Positions 31,408-42,413 are shown, numbered from the stretch's first letter. The stretch: DNA of 64,000 bases from Candidatus Hydrogenedentota bacterium (GCA_045863335.1 BTVY01000008.1:101638-165637); one strand, 5' to 3'. Made by a program: numbers and translations. The notes: generated from the letters alone by a model not told the origin.

Positions 31408-33671
31408 TCCGTCGCAGCAATCTTTGCCGCATCGACGGCGGCGATGGCGGTCATGTTAATGACGTCCACTTCATTGAAGCCGCCGTACTGAAGTAGATGG
31501 ACCGGCTTCCGCATGCCAAGCAGGATCGGACCGATCGCTTCCGCCCCCCCAAGCCGTTGGACGAGTTTGTATGCCACATTGCCTGCCTCCAATGTGGGAA
31601 AGATCAGGACGTTCGCCCCGCCATCCTTTAACCGGCTGAAGGGGAAATGCTCTTCCAGGATCGACGGAGTGACCGCGGTGTCGGCCTGCATTTCACCGTC
31701 GGCGACGATGTCCGGTTCGCGATGGCGCAGAATCTCCACGGCCTTACGAACCTTCTCCGATTCCGGGTACCGGGCGCTTCCGAAGTTGCTGAAACTGACC
31801 AGCGCGACCCGGGGCTCCATATCGAATCGGCGCACGCCGTTTGCGCAGAGGATGGCGATCTCCGCGAGATCCTCGGCGCTGGGATTAATGTTCACCGTGG
31901 CATCGGCGAAGAAATACACTTTCTCCTTCAGCACCATCATGTACATGCCCGCCACGCGTTGGACGCCGGGCCGCGCGCCGATGACTTCCAGCGCCGGCCG
32001 GATTGTGTCGGGATAACTCGCCGTCAATCCCGAAACAAGGCCGTCGGCGTCGCCCATATGAACCATCATGGTGCCAAAATAGATGCGGGTCTGCGCCAGG
32101 CGTCGCGCCATTTCGATGGACACCCCCTTACGCTGGCGCATGCGGTAGAGTTCGTGTTCGTATCGGGTCAGCTGATCGGAGTCCAAGGGGTCAACAATTT
32201 CTACGCCGCTCTGGAGGTCGAGTCCCAGCTCTTCGATCATTGCGCGGATGCGCGCCCGGTCTCCGAGCAGGATCGGGACGGCCATCCCTTCGTCCAGGAT
32301 CGTTTCGCAGGCCTTGAGGATGGGCGCATGGTCGCCTTCGGGATAGACGATACGCTTCGGGGCGGTCCTCGCCTTGTTGATCATGACTCGCATGATCCGG
32401 CGCGACAATCCGAGCCGCGCTTCGAGGCGCTCGCGGTATTCGTCGATATTCAGTTCGCGTCGGGCGACGCCGGTTTCGATGGCAGCCTTGGCCACAGCCG
32501 CGGCTTCCCAAATGAGCACCCGCGGATCGAAAGGTTTCGGGATGATGTAATCCCGCCCGAACTGGAGCCGCTCTTTGCGGTACGCCATTTCCACCGCGTA
32601 GGGAACCGGTTCGCGGGCCAGATCGGCGAGGGCCTTGGCAGCGGCGACTTTCATTTCATCGTTGATGGCCGTCGCGCGCACATCTAACGCACCGCGAAAG
32701 ATAAATGGAAAACCAAGCACATTGTTAATCTGATTCGGATAATCGCTCCGTCCAGTCGCCATGATCGCATCGGGCCGCGCGGATACGGCGTTCTCGTACG
32801 TGATTTCGGGATCGGGGTTGGCCATGGCGAAGATGATCGGGTCTTCGGCCATGGTGCAAACCATTTCGGGCGTCACGAGGTTCGCGCTCGATACGCCCGC
32901 AAACACGTCGGCGCCAACCAGCGCCTCAGCCAGCGTGCGGCGATCGGTCTCAACCGCAAAGAACTCTTTATAGGGGTTCATGCCTTCGGTGCGGCCCCTG
33001 TAAATGACGCCTTTGCTGTCGCAGAAGAGGATGTTCTCCTTGCGGACGCCCAACGTGATGTAGAACTTGGCGCAAGCGATCCCCGCCGCGCCTGCGCCGC
33101 AGAAGACGACGCGCACGTCCCCGATCCGCTTCCCCACGATGTCTAGGGCGTTGAGCAGTCCGGCGCCGGAAATGATGGCGGTACCGTGCTGGTCGTCATG
33201 AAACACCGGAATGTTCAGCGTCTCTTTGAGGCGCTCTTCGATGTAGAAACACTCGGGCGCCTTGATGTCTTCGAGGTTGATGCCGCCGAAGGTTGGCTCA
33301 AGCAGCGTCACCGCCTTGATAATCTCGTCGGGATCGTGCGTATTCAGTTCGATATCGAATACGTCGATATCGGCGAAGCGTTTGAAGAGGACCGCCTTGC
33401 CTTCCATGACCGGCTTGCCCGCCATGGGGCCGATATCGCCAAGGCCAAGAACGGCAGTGCCGTTGGTAACGACGGCAACGAGATTCCCCTTGGCGGTGTA
33501 GTCGAAGACCTTGTCAGGGTTCTTCTCAATCGCGCGGCAAGGAACCGCAACACCCGGCGTATAGGCCAACGACAAATCGCGCTGGGTCTGGCACGGTTTC
33601 GTCGGCACGACCTCGAGTTTTCCGTGCCGTGCCCCAACGTGGTAGTCCAACGCGTCTTGCTGCAAATCCAT
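31404..33671 (-). CDS. maeB: NADP-dependent malic enzyme with PTA-like domain
   Basis: [44 protein letters not shown]-terminal DGEMQAD. Confidence 0.96.
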   Translation of the reverse strand: MDLQQDALDYHVGARHGKLEVVPTKPCQTQRDLSLAYTPGVAVPCRAIEKNPDKVFDYTAKGNLVAVVTNGTAVLGLGDIGPMAGKPVMEGKAVLFKRFADIDVFDIELNTHDPDEIIKAVTLLEPTFGGINLEDIKAPECFYIEERLKETLNIPVFHDDQHGTAIISGAGLLNALDIVGKRIGDVRVVFCGAGAAGIACAKFYITLGVRKENILFCDSKGVIYRGRTEGMNPYKEFFAVETDRRTLAEALVGADVFAGVSSANLVTPEMVCTMAEDPIIFAMANPDPEITYENAVSARPDAIMATGRSDYPNQINNVLGFPFIFRGALDVRATAINDEMKVAAAKALADLAREPVPYAVEMAYRKERLQFGRDYIIPKPFDPRVLIWEAAAVAKAAIETGVARRELNIDEYRERLEARLGLSRRIMRVMINKARTAPKRIVYPEGDHAPILKACETILDEGMAVPILLGDRARIRAMIEELGLDLQSGVEIVDPLDSDQLTRYEHELYRMRQRKGVSIEMARRLAQTRIYFGTMMVHMGDADGLVSGLTASYPDTIRPALEVIGARPGVQRVAGMYMMVLKEKVYFFADATVNINPSAEDLAEIAILCANGVRRFDMEPRVALVSFSNFGSARYPESEKVRKAVEILRHREPDIVADGEMQADTAVTPSILEEHFPFSRLKDGGANVLIFPTLEAGNVAYKLVQRLGGAEAIGPILLGMRKPVHLLQYGGFNEVDVINMTAIAAVDAAKIAATE

Positions 33672-33828
33672 GGATCCCCCTTCTTCAACAAAACGATGAA
33701 TTCCAGCACTCCGACATCCCCGGGCAATTTTACCACGAACGAGAGCGGCGAAGTAGCAACTCAAAACCAATACTGGTGATGCCGAATCTGCAGCCTGTAC
33801 AATGTGGAGAAATCAGAAAGGGGGAATC

Positions 33829-35007
33829 ATGCGCAGTATTCTCGTCGCAATCGCGATCCTGTTTGTGGCCGCTGGCATCGGTGCGGCGGATCCGGTATTC
33901 GCCACTGAAAACATCTTTCCGCAGCAGGATCTCCATTGTCACAGCAGCAGCATCGTCGAGTGCCCGAACGGCGACATGCTCGCCTGCTGGTTCTATGGGA
34001 CCGGCGAACGCACCGCGGACGACGTGGTCGTCCAGGGCGCGCGGTTGCGGAAAGGCGAGTCGAAATGGAGTGCGCCGTTCCTGATGGCCGATGCGCCGGG
34101 CCTGGCGGACTGCAATCCGGTGCTCTACGTCGACCGCACTGAGAAGCTCTGGCTGTTCTGGATCTCCGTGCTCGCGCGCCGGTGGGAGTGCGGGATGCTG
34201 AAATACCGCACGTCGACCGATTACCTGGACGAAGGCGCGCCCAACTGGAATTGGCAGGATGTGATCGTGCTGAAACCGGGCGAGGCGTTTGCAGAAGAAG
34301 TCGAAACGAAACTCGAGGAGATGAACTATCCCGAAGGCACCTGGGCGGAGTATGCCCGTCCTTACCCGGAGCAACTCATCGCCGCGTCGAAGGACCCGTA
34401 CAAACGCCAGACCGGCTGGATGCCGCGTGTGCATCCGTTGACGCTGGATAGTGGCCGCATCATCCTCTCCCTCTACTCGGACGGGTTCAACATCTCGGTC
34501 ATGGCGATTTCCGACGACGACGGCGCCACATGGCACGCGAGCCGGCCCATCGTGGGCTCGGGACCACAACAACCATCGCTCATCCAACGCGGCGACGGGG
34601 CAATCGTCGCCTACATGCGCGACACCGGCGACGCGCCCGGCCGCATTCAATTGAGCGTATCCGAAGACGAAGGCGAATCGTGGTCGATTCCTGTCGACTT
34701 GGAGATTCCAAACCCCGATTCCAGCGTCGAGATTATTGAACTTACCAGCGGGAAATGGCTGCTCGTCTGCAACGACACCGAAGACAGCCGCGGCCAACTC
34801 ACCGCCTACGTGTCCGACGACGAAGGGCAGACTTGGAAATGGCGGCGCCAGATCGAACCGTCGGACGACGAGGGCGAATCGTTTTCCTATCCATCAGTGA
34901 TTCAGACCCAGGACGACATGATTCACCTGACGTACACCTACAAAGGGTCGAAAGGGAATACGATCCGGCATACGGTCGTGGACGAGGCATGGCTGGTGGA
35001 GAAGTAG
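33829..35007 (+). CDS. BNR/Asp-box sialidase-like protein
   Basis: Signal peptide; Asp boxes SDDDGATW, SEDEGESW, SDDEGQTW; FSYPSVIQ. Confidence 0.85.
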   Translation: MRSILVAIAILFVAAGIGAADPVFATENIFPQQDLHCHSSSIVECPNGDMLACWFYGTGERTADDVVVQGARLRKGESKWSAPFLMADAPGLADCNPVLYVDRTEKLWLFWISVLARRWECGMLKYRTSTDYLDEGAPNWNWQDVIVLKPGEAFAEEVETKLEEMNYPEGTWAEYARPYPEQLIAASKDPYKRQTGWMPRVHPLTLDSGRIILSLYSDGFNISVMAISDDDGATWHASRPIVGSGPQQPSLIQRGDGAIVAYMRDTGDAPGRIQLSVSEDEGESWSIPVDLEIPNPDSSVEIIELTSGKWLLVCNDTEDSRGQLTAYVSDDEGQTWKWRRQIEPSDDEGESFSYPSVIQTQDDMIHLTYTYKGSKGNTIRHTVVDEAWLVEK

Positions 35008-35016
35008 TCGGGGATC

Positions 35017-35053
35017 GAATAGGACATATGGGACCGATGGGACGTATAGGACG
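35017..35053. repeat. 9-mer tandem repeat (GGAC[A/C/G][T/G]AT[A/G])n
   Basis: ataggacatatgggaccgatgggacgtataggac. Confidence 0.7.
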
Positions 35054-35138
35054 AGCATACCCCGCGCTAAATGGAGAACATTACGCGCTTGGCCACGAGG
35101 CGAGTCTACAGCATGCTCCGTAAGACTATCGGGCAGGA

Positions 35139-36158
35139 TTACCCGGCCAGATAATTGTCCAGCCACTCCAACACGATCGCGCGCATTTCCGGGAGTTCCT
35201 GGTGGGGGCAGTCGAAGAGCTCGATACGGCAATCATCTTTCGATCCGAACTTCGCATACAGGGGCAACAGATAGTCCCGAACCTTTTCCACGCCGCGGGG
35301 CGGGGTCAGCTTGTCTTCGCGGCCATTGAGGCTGAGCCGGGCGCGGGGCACGATGAGTTCGTTGATACCGGCGGTGTCGAAGCGTTTGAGCAGGTCCGGC
35401 ACGTAGTAGTAGATGCCGTGGCGGTGCAGGCCTTTGTCTTCGATCAGCGATTCGAAGTCGGTGAGACAACAGAGGTCGATGCAGACCTTGATGCGTTCGT
35501 CGAGCGCGGACAACCACCACGCCTTCGTCGACCCCATGGAAATGCCGAAGGCCCCGATGCGGTCCGTGTCCACTTCGGGGCGCGAGCAGAGATAGTTCAG
35601 CGCCTGCCACTCGTCGAAGAGCATCATGCCGAAGAGGACCTGGCCCTTCCACAGCATCTCCTTGAAGGTATCCTCCTCCCCACGCCGTCCTTCTTCCGGA
35701 TAGGGCGCGCGTTCGCCGAAGCACCAACTGTCGATGGCCAGCGCGACGATACCCTTCTCGGCATACACCGGCGCGTAGGCCTGCATGGCGCGGGTGCCTT
35801 GAAGCAGTTCCATCTTGCCCACATTGTAGTCGCCGCCGTGCCAATGGATGTAGAGCATGCCGGGTGCGGGCGTTTTGATGTTGTCCGGAATGAGCATGAA
35901 CGCGGGCACGGGCTGGATGCCGTTGAGATCGAGTTCAAGATGCTCCAGCGTGTAGCCCTCGTGTTGCTCGCGTTGCTTCACAGTTGCTACCGGATCCCGC
36001 CGCTCCGGCAAATCGCCCAACAATCCCCAGAGTTCCTTGCGACGCGCCCCTTGGAACCGGTTAAATTCCTGATTGATGTCGGCCATGGGCGCTCCATCCG
36101 CCGCGAATGCGGCCCCCGTCAGCATTGCGCTTGTCTTCAAGAAATCCCGTCGTAACAT
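35139..36158 (-). CDS. Dienelactone hydrolase / carbohydrate esterase-like alpha/beta hydrolase (Tat)
   Basis: LRRDFLK, HWHGG, RPEVDTDRIGAFGISMGS, LDERIK. Confidence 0.85.
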   Translation of the reverse strand: MLRRDFLKTSAMLTGAAFAADGAPMADINQEFNRFQGARRKELWGLLGDLPERRDPVATVKQREQHEGYTLEHLELDLNGIQPVPAFMLIPDNIKTPAPGMLYIHWHGGDYNVGKMELLQGTRAMQAYAPVYAEKGIVALAIDSWCFGERAPYPEEGRRGEEDTFKEMLWKGQVLFGMMLFDEWQALNYLCSRPEVDTDRIGAFGISMGSTKAWWLSALDERIKVCIDLCCLTDFESLIEDKGLHRHGIYYYVPDLLKRFDTAGINELIVPRARLSLNGREDKLTPPRGVEKVRDYLLPLYAKFGSKDDCRIELFDCPHQELPEMRAIVLEWLDNYLAG

Positions 36159-36171
36159 GGGCCTGCGGTCC

Positions 36172-38574
36172 CTATTCCGTTTCTAACGAAGTGGCTGTGA
36201 GATTCTGGACGATGTGCGCGGCCACACTCACAAGATACCCGACGACAAAGCTGACGACAAACCCGATGGCCCCGTGCAGGAAAAAATGGACGTGGGTTTG
36301 CCGCGCGACGAGCAGAACGACGATCGCACTGACGATTGCACCCGCCAGCGCGCCGACGCCGTTGCCGCGCTTCGTAAACACGCCGAGCGCCATGATGCCG
36401 GCAAGGCCGCCGCCAACGAGTCCGAGTATCTGGAGCCACTGATCGAACAGCGACGGCGCGTTGAGCTGGGCAATCAACACGGCCAGCCCCGTGCCCAATG
36501 CGCCGAAGAAGAGGGTCAGGCCTCGGGCAACCCGAAGGCCGTGGGTGTCGGTGATGCCAGGCCATATCCGCCGGTAGTAGTCATTGACGATCACCGTGGC
36601 CATGCTGTTAATGCTGCTATCCAGTGAGGACATGGCCGCCGCGAAGACACCTGCAATCAGAAGCCCGGACAGTCCCTGGGGAAATTGTTCGGCCACGAAG
36701 AGCGGGACAATGGCGTCGGTCTTGAGGCGCGGGTCGAGCAACTCCGGGTGGGCGCGGTAGAAGACCCACAGCGCAGTGCCAATCCCGAAGAAGAGAATGG
36801 AGATCGGAATGGTCAGCAGCGCGTTGGTCCACACCGCCTTCGCCGCATCCTTTTCCGTCTTCGTGCTCAGGTACCGTTGCACCACAGTCTGGTCGGCCGT
36901 GCTGGGGTAGGCCATAGCGAAGGCATTGCCAATAACACAAACCCAGACTGCGGTGGTCGTCGCGTCCCAGGTCCAATTGAAGGTGTGGAATTTGCCCGAC
37001 TCCCAGCCGGCGGAGACAATCCTGGCGATTCCGCCGTCGACATCCCACGCGACAACGCCTACCACGGAGATCGCGCCCGCAACGAGCACGAGAGATTGAA
37101 GCACATCGGTCCAGATGACGGCCTCGATACCGCCCATGACGGTATAGATCGAAGTCAACACCCCCATGACCAAGATGCAGGCGTAGATGTTCAGACCGGT
37201 CGCCGCCGACAGGGCGATGGCGGGAAGGAAGAGCACGATGGCGAGCCGTCCAATCTGGAAACAGAGAAACACGAGGCTGCCATAGATACGGATGGCAAAG
37301 TTGAACCGCGTTTCCAGGTATTCGTAGGCCGTGGTGATCGGGGCTTCCCGGAACCGGGGCAAGTAGTACCGCACGACGAATGGCGCAATGATGAGGATGC
37401 CGAAGTTACTGAGGATGAATACCCAGTCCGTCGCGAAAGCCTTCGCAGGTATGGCGAGATAGGTAATCGCGCTGAGCGACGTGCCGAAAATGCTGAGCCC
37501 CACCGCCCACCAGGGAATGCGCCGTCCGCCGAGGAAGAAGACTTCCGTGGAGCGTTCGCGGCGCGAGAAATATATGCCGACACCGACGAGCACGCCGAAG
37601 TACAGAATCAGCGCCCCATAGTCCACGATGGTGAATGCGCCGGAACGCTTGCGAGGCGCCGCAGCATACACCTGTGTCGCGTCCGAGGTCGTGCTCAAGA
37701 GGATGGGGCCGCCATTGCGCAGCACCACGTGTCGGCTCCCGCCCGCATCCGGCAGCGCATCATACTGCGTCCAAGTACCCGTAATCGTGTGATAGGCGGC
37801 GACGTTTGCCCCGAGAAAGAGGATGTGGGCCTGCCCATACGGCATCGCGGGGCCTAGAGGAGTATCCCCAGCCGGAACGGGCGCGATGGCGGCCCATCCC
37901 TCCGAGGGACTGAATCGGTACGCGGCGGTGAGTGGGTTATTCGATGCACCGACACCGCCACAGACGTAGAGGTTCCCATCCATGGCCGTGACTGCGACGC
38001 TGTGCCGGGGCGGTCCCGGCATCGGCTCAAGGGCTTCCCACTCCGCGCCGGGTTTAGATAGGTCCAGCGCCAGCAGGGAATTACGAGGAAGACTGTCGGT
38101 GCCGGTTCCTCCCGCAACGTATACCGTATTGCCCAAGAGCGCAGCGCCGCTCCGCGATAGTGGCTCCGGGAGACTCTGAAGCGGTCCGATAGAGGCGGAA
38201 TTGCCGTCCCACTCGAGGCGCCACACTACATCGACGGGAGCCAGCGCCTCACCGCCGATGCCGACCATCCCTCGTCCCGTGGAGACGGAGGAACCGCCGC
38301 GAACGGCAACCGGAAGTGTCGCGACAGCAACCCATTCCGGCGAATCCGAATCAAGCACGTACGCGCGCCGTTCGGGCAGACCGGTGGTAGGATTGGAGCC
38401 GCCCGCGACGAGAAGGGAACCACCGGCCACTCCCAGGAACGGATCTACCAGCGGGTTCGGTAGTGAAGGCAGCGGCGTCCAGTTGAAAAGTTGCTGCGCA
38501 TCCTCGCCATGGCAAGGAAGTGTGCATGCTACGAAAAGGAGCAGAGCGGAAAGGTGCCGTGCCGATTTGCTCAA
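36172..38574 (-). CDS. Sodium:solute symporter fused to an N-terminal Kelch (NanM-like) domain
   Basis: Signal peptide and Kelch repeats (LLVAGG, VYVAGG, LYVCGG), then SSS motifs FFLGGRRIPWW, GGIEAVIWTD, VVQRYL, AAAMSSLDS. Confidence 0.9.
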   Translation of the reverse strand: MSKSARHLSALLLFVACTLPCHGEDAQQLFNWTPLPSLPNPLVDPFLGVAGGSLLVAGGSNPTTGLPERRAYVLDSDSPEWVAVATLPVAVRGGSSVSTGRGMVGIGGEALAPVDVVWRLEWDGNSASIGPLQSLPEPLSRSGAALLGNTVYVAGGTGTDSLPRNSLLALDLSKPGAEWEALEPMPGPPRHSVAVTAMDGNLYVCGGVGASNNPLTAAYRFSPSEGWAAIAPVPAGDTPLGPAMPYGQAHILFLGANVAAYHTITGTWTQYDALPDAGGSRHVVLRNGGPILLSTTSDATQVYAAAPRKRSGAFTIVDYGALILYFGVLVGVGIYFSRRERSTEVFFLGGRRIPWWAVGLSIFGTSLSAITYLAIPAKAFATDWVFILSNFGILIIAPFVVRYYLPRFREAPITTAYEYLETRFNFAIRIYGSLVFLCFQIGRLAIVLFLPAIALSAATGLNIYACILVMGVLTSIYTVMGGIEAVIWTDVLQSLVLVAGAISVVGVVAWDVDGGIARIVSAGWESGKFHTFNWTWDATTTAVWVCVIGNAFAMAYPSTADQTVVQRYLSTKTEKDAAKAVWTNALLTIPISILFFGIGTALWVFYRAHPELLDPRLKTDAIVPLFVAEQFPQGLSGLLIAGVFAAAMSSLDSSINSMATVIVNDYYRRIWPGITDTHGLRVARGLTLFFGALGTGLAVLIAQLNAPSLFDQWLQILGLVGGGLAGIMALGVFTKRGNGVGALAGAIVSAIVVLLVARQTHVHFFLHGAIGFVVSFVVGYLVSVAAHIVQNLTATSLETE

Positions 38575-38774
38575 ACGATCTCCCCGCCGTTGGACTTATG
38601 CAGTGAAAAGTGTCCGGCCTCAGGCTTCGTAGCATAGCGGCGCATCTTGACGATTTGCAACGCCAGAATTCCGGCAATTCCAGTTGATTTCCGCTAGTAA
38701 CGCGCCGCATACTGCAATGACGAACCCAGGACTTAGAACGGAGACGGGCCTGACCGGCCCGATGACACGAAAAT

Positions 38775-39077
38775 ATGAACCTTCTGACAGGCTCGCAACG
38801 GGAATTCCTTCGGAGCAAGGCGCATCACCTAAAGCCGTTGGTATTTATTGGGCACCAAGGGGTTACGGAGTCCGTAATCGCGGCCGTGGAAGAAAACCTG
38901 CTGGCTCATGAGTTAATTAAGGTAAAGTTTAATGACCTCAAGGACCAGAAGCGGCCCCTTTCCGAAGAGATCGCTGACAAAACGAAGAGCGAATTGGTCG
39001 GCATGGTCGGCAACATCGCTACCTTTTACCGGCAGCACCCGGAATCGGACAAGCGTCGAATCGATCTGCCCGCATAG
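38775..39077 (+). CDS. yhbY: YhbY/CRM RNA-binding protein
   Basis: LTGSQREFLRSKAHHLKP, HELIKVK, VGNIATFYR. Confidence 0.92.
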   Translation: MNLLTGSQREFLRSKAHHLKPLVFIGHQGVTESVIAAVEENLLAHELIKVKFNDLKDQKRPLSEEIADKTKSELVGMVGNIATFYRQHPESDKRRIDLPA

Positions 39078-39099
39078 CGGGTTACGCATCCTGAAACCG

Positions 39100-39128
39100 T
39101 TGCGTTTCGGGGCTTGGAAATGTAGAAT
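39100..39128 (+). promoter_or_regulatory. Sigma70-type promoter
   Basis: TTGCGT-N17-TAGAAT upstream of 39165. Confidence 0.5.
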
Positions 39129-39164
39129 AGAAATAGAGTTGCAGCGTATGGAGAACTCAGAAAC

Positions 39165-39410
39165 ATGACTTCAAGACGCCTGATAGCCATCGTGTTATTG
39201 TGCTTTGTTGCGGTTTGCTTGGTTTCCATGTTCACGGAACCCGCATTTGCACAGAGTGGTGACCGCAACTTGGCTGAAAAGAAAGGAATCGAGGGACTGT
39301 TCGCCGGGAAAGGCACTGCCGCCGATGACCCTCGCCTCCCAAACAAGGTCCAGAAATGGGCCGGTTGGGGTTCCATTCTTGTCATGATCATCGTGGTCAA
39401 GTACCTCTGA
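39165..39410 (+). CDS. Small exported/membrane protein (signal peptide plus C-terminal TM)
   Basis: GGAG RBS, AFA-Q cleavage site, hydrophobic C-terminus. Confidence 0.65.
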   Translation: MTSRRLIAIVLLCFVAVCLVSMFTEPAFAQSGDRNLAEKKGIEGLFAGKGTAADDPRLPNKVQKWAGWGSILVMIIVVKYL

Positions 39411-39499
39411 CGGTCTGGCCGTTACCCCAATTGCGTGCGTCATGGGATTAGGAAGCCTCGCACCCGTGTAGGGGCGCAGATGCCGCGTGGAAAGCTCAG

Positions 39500-40858
39500 G
39501 TGGACAACTCCATCCTTCTAGTAGACGACGAGCCGGGCATCCTGGAGGTTATGCGCAAACACTTGGCTGACCAAGGGTATGCGTGCACGGCGGAGACGTC
39601 TCCCACTCGTTCGCTCGAGCTTATTCGCACCCAACACTACGCCCTGCTCGTTACGGATATGCGAATGCCGGAAGTCAACGGCATGGAACTCGTCCGCGAA
39701 GCCAAGCGACAGGACCCCGACATCGCTATCGTTGTCGTCACCGCCATCCAGGAAGTCGCCAGCGCCATCGACGCCATGCGGGCCGGCGCGGACGACTACG
39801 TCGTCAAACCGTTCCATCTCAGCGAGATCGGCACCGCGGCAGCGCGCGCCCTGGCGAAGCGCGAGCAAATCCTGGAAGGACGCCACTACCGGGAAGATCT
39901 TGAGCATAGGGTTCATCAGGCCGCTGAAGATCTGGAACGGCTCAACACGGAACTTCGCAATACCAAGCAGTACCTCGAGAGTCTTATTCAAAGCACCATC
40001 GATGCCATTGTGACGACCGACACCTCGGACCGCATCGAGTACATCAACGACGGTGCCCTCCAAGTACTAGGCTATCAGAAGGGCGAGATCATGGGTCTGT
40101 CGGTCGCCGGAATCTATGCCGGCGGCGCCGAAGAGGTCGCCTATATCCGGCGCAAACTCAAGGAAAATCATGCACTCAAAGACTACGAGACGGAGTTGAA
40201 ACGCAAGTCAGGTGAGACCGTGCCGGTCAACGCGTCGATCTCGCCGGTCGTCAACGCCGATGGCAACGTCCGCTCGATTCTCGCCGTATGTAAAGATATC
40301 ACCCGCCAGAAACAACTCGAACGGGATCTCAAGGAGTTGTCCGTCAAGGACAGCCTTACCGGGTTGTACAACCAGCGTAGTTTTTATGACCGGCTCGCGG
40401 AGGAAATCGAGCGGTCGCAGCGGCAGCGCCATCCGCTCTCCATGCTGCTGTTCGACATCGATAAGTTTAAGCAATACAACGACGGCAAGGGTCACCTCGA
40501 AGGCGATCGCGTATTGCAGACCGCCGGCCAGGTGGTCATACAGAGCACCCGCGAGCACGTGGACCTGGGGTTTCGTTACGGCGGGGACGAGTTTACCGTG
40601 CTCTTGCCGGAAGCCGATACGAGCCAGGCACGGGTCATTGCCGAACGTATTCGGGCAGGGTTCCGAGAGCGCGGCTTTGACGATCTGACTTTAAGTGTGG
40701 GACTCATGACCTATCAGGCCGGACTGAGCTTGAAGTCCTTTATCCACCTCACCGACGCCGCAATGTACGAAGCAAAACGGGCGGGCGGCAACCAGATTTG
40801 CGTACACGCTCCAGAAGCACCGCCCGTAAATACAGTAGAGGAAAGTCAGCACAGATGA
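39500..40858 (+). CDS. Diguanylate cyclase (REC-PAS-GGDEF)
   Basis: ILLVDDE, TDMRMP, PAS with DITRQK, DSLTGLYN, RYGGDEF. Confidence 0.95.
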   Translation: MDNSILLVDDEPGILEVMRKHLADQGYACTAETSPTRSLELIRTQHYALLVTDMRMPEVNGMELVREAKRQDPDIAIVVVTAIQEVASAIDAMRAGADDYVVKPFHLSEIGTAAARALAKREQILEGRHYREDLEHRVHQAAEDLERLNTELRNTKQYLESLIQSTIDAIVTTDTSDRIEYINDGALQVLGYQKGEIMGLSVAGIYAGGAEEVAYIRRKLKENHALKDYETELKRKSGETVPVNASISPVVNADGNVRSILAVCKDITRQKQLERDLKELSVKDSLTGLYNQRSFYDRLAEEIERSQRQRHPLSMLLFDIDKFKQYNDGKGHLEGDRVLQTAGQVVIQSTREHVDLGFRYGGDEFTVLLPEADTSQARVIAERIRAGFRERGFDDLTLSVGLMTYQAGLSLKSFIHLTDAAMYEAKRAGGNQICVHAPEAPPVNTVEESQHR

Positions 40859-41667
40859 AGTTCGGGATTTGCAGTGAAATCTTCAAGGAATGGGAAGACA
40901 TCGGTCGCACCATCGACTACGTCAAGAAAACCGGTTACGACGGGTTGGAGATTGCGCCGTTCACCTTGTCGAAGTATGTGACGGATATCTCGGATCAGAC
41001 CCGGAAGGAAATCGTCCAACGCGCCGCCCAGGCGGATTTGGATATTCTCGGGATTCACTGGGTGCTCGTGGGGCCGGACGGTATGCACCTCACCCATCCC
41101 GACAAAGAAGTCCGCGACCGCACTGCCCAATACCTGATCGACCTCGCCCACTTCTGCGGCGATGTCGGCGGCAAAGTCATCATTTTCGGCTCGCCGAAAC
41201 AGCGCAACATTATGGAAGGCGTTACCTACCAGCAGGCCTTCGATAATGCCGTGGGGGTATTCGAGAAAGCGCTGCCCATCTGCCAAGAACGCGGCGTCAC
41301 CATCTGCATGGAGCCGCTCGCCCCCTCCGAAACCAACTTCTGCAAATCCGCCGCGGAGACGGTAACCCTCATCGAGCGCATCGCCCACCCGAATTTCCGC
41401 TTGCTGCTCGACACCAAGGCCATGACCGACGAACAAGAAGGCCGCCCCGCCACCATCCGCAAACACGCCCAACACCTCGCCCACTACCACGCCAACGACG
41501 CCAACCTCGAAGGCCCCGGGTTCGGCGACGTGGAGTTCGGCCCCATCTTCGAAGCCCTCAAAGACATCAACTACACCGGCTACGTCTCCGTGGAAGTCTT
41601 CATCTTCGATCCCGGCCCCGAAGCCATCGCGGAGAAAAGCCTGAAGTACATGAGGCAGTTTGTGTAG
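40855..41667 (+). CDS. Sugar phosphate isomerase/epimerase (D-tagatose 3-epimerase-like TIM barrel)
   Basis: GYDGLEIAPF, MEPL, LLDTKAM, HYHAND, GYVSVEVF. Confidence 0.9.
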   Translation: MKFGICSEIFKEWEDIGRTIDYVKKTGYDGLEIAPFTLSKYVTDISDQTRKEIVQRAAQADLDILGIHWVLVGPDGMHLTHPDKEVRDRTAQYLIDLAHFCGDVGGKVIIFGSPKQRNIMEGVTYQQAFDNAVGVFEKALPICQERGVTICMEPLAPSETNFCKSAAETVTLIERIAHPNFRLLLDTKAMTDEQEGRPATIRKHAQHLAHYHANDANLEGPGFGDVEFGPIFEALKDINYTGYVSVEVFIFDPGPEAIAEKSLKYMRQFV

Positions 41668-41679
41668 ACGGGGGTGGAG

Positions 41680-42117
41680 CTATGATTTCTTGCGCGAGCG
41701 TTTTCCGGCGAACACAGCCACGCCGCATTTGCGCGCCGCTTTCACGAGCGCCTTATCCTGTGTCGCGATCGGCAAGCCCGACCGCATAGCCAGATCCAAA
41801 TACGAGGCGTCAGAAGTCGTCAGGGACTGGGCACGCGCCAATTGGAGAACCTCGTTCCAGGACCTTTCAGGCGACTCCTGCTCGATAGACAAGGGAAGGG
41901 TCTCTACAATACTCAGAATATGCGTTGTTTCAGCCGTCGTTAGACGCTTTCTGCGTTCGGCCATGAGCAATGCGTTGGAAAACTCCAAAGGCCAGATTGC
42001 GGGAGCCAGCATTTCACATTCATCCAGTTGTTCCAGAATCGCATCGGCATAGCCACTCCCCTCATCCTCCAAGTACCACGACAAAAGGACCGAGTTGTCA
42101 ATGACGAAGCGATTCAC
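41680..42117 (-). CDS. vapC: VapC-family PIN toxin
   Basis: FVIDNS, APAIWPLEFSN, DASYLDLA, ATQDKAL. Confidence 0.9.
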   Translation of the reverse strand: MNRFVIDNSVLLSWYLEDEGSGYADAILEQLDECEMLAPAIWPLEFSNALLMAERRKRLTTAETTHILSIVETLPLSIEQESPERSWNEVLQLARAQSLTTSDASYLDLAMRSGLPIATQDKALVKAARKCGVAVFAGKRSRKKS

Positions 42118-42353
42118 CGACGTCCCTCTTCGATAAATTCACGAATGGTCACATCTCCGAGGGTCCGGCCGCAACGGAATTTCTTTGTCTCTTCAATCGC
42201 TTCGGCGACTGTCATTTTCTTGCGAGGATTCACTGGCTGCAAGACGGCAATAGGCACGCCGTGTTTTTCAATGGTAATCCGCTCTCCCTTGGCCACTCGG
42301 TCGAGTAGCTTGGACAGATGGGTCTTAGCTTCGAAAGCGCCAACCGTATGCAT
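42114..42353 (-). CDS. Phd/YefM-family antitoxin
   Basis: VGAFEAKTHLSKLLDRVAKGERITIEKHGVPIA; 4-bp overlap with vapC. Confidence 0.92.
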   Translation of the reverse strand: MHTVGAFEAKTHLSKLLDRVAKGERITIEKHGVPIAVLQPVNPRKKMTVAEAIEETKKFRCGRTLGDVTIREFIEEGRR

Positions 42354-42373
42354 AGTGGGTCTCCTTTTCAACC

Positions 42374-42413
42374 AGTCTCAGACTAATTTATTTTGTTCGG
42401 CGCCGCAAGTCAA
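42374..42413 (-). promoter_or_regulatory. TA operon promoter and palindromic operator
   Basis: TTGACT-N17-TAAATT on the minus strand, followed directly by palindrome AGTCT-N-AGACT (42374-42384). Confidence 0.65.

Noticed and set aside
40838-40850. GAGGAAAGTC resembling the RNase P RNA motif
   Set aside because: Lies within the cyclase 3' end and RBS of the next gene; the rest of the RNase P structure is absent
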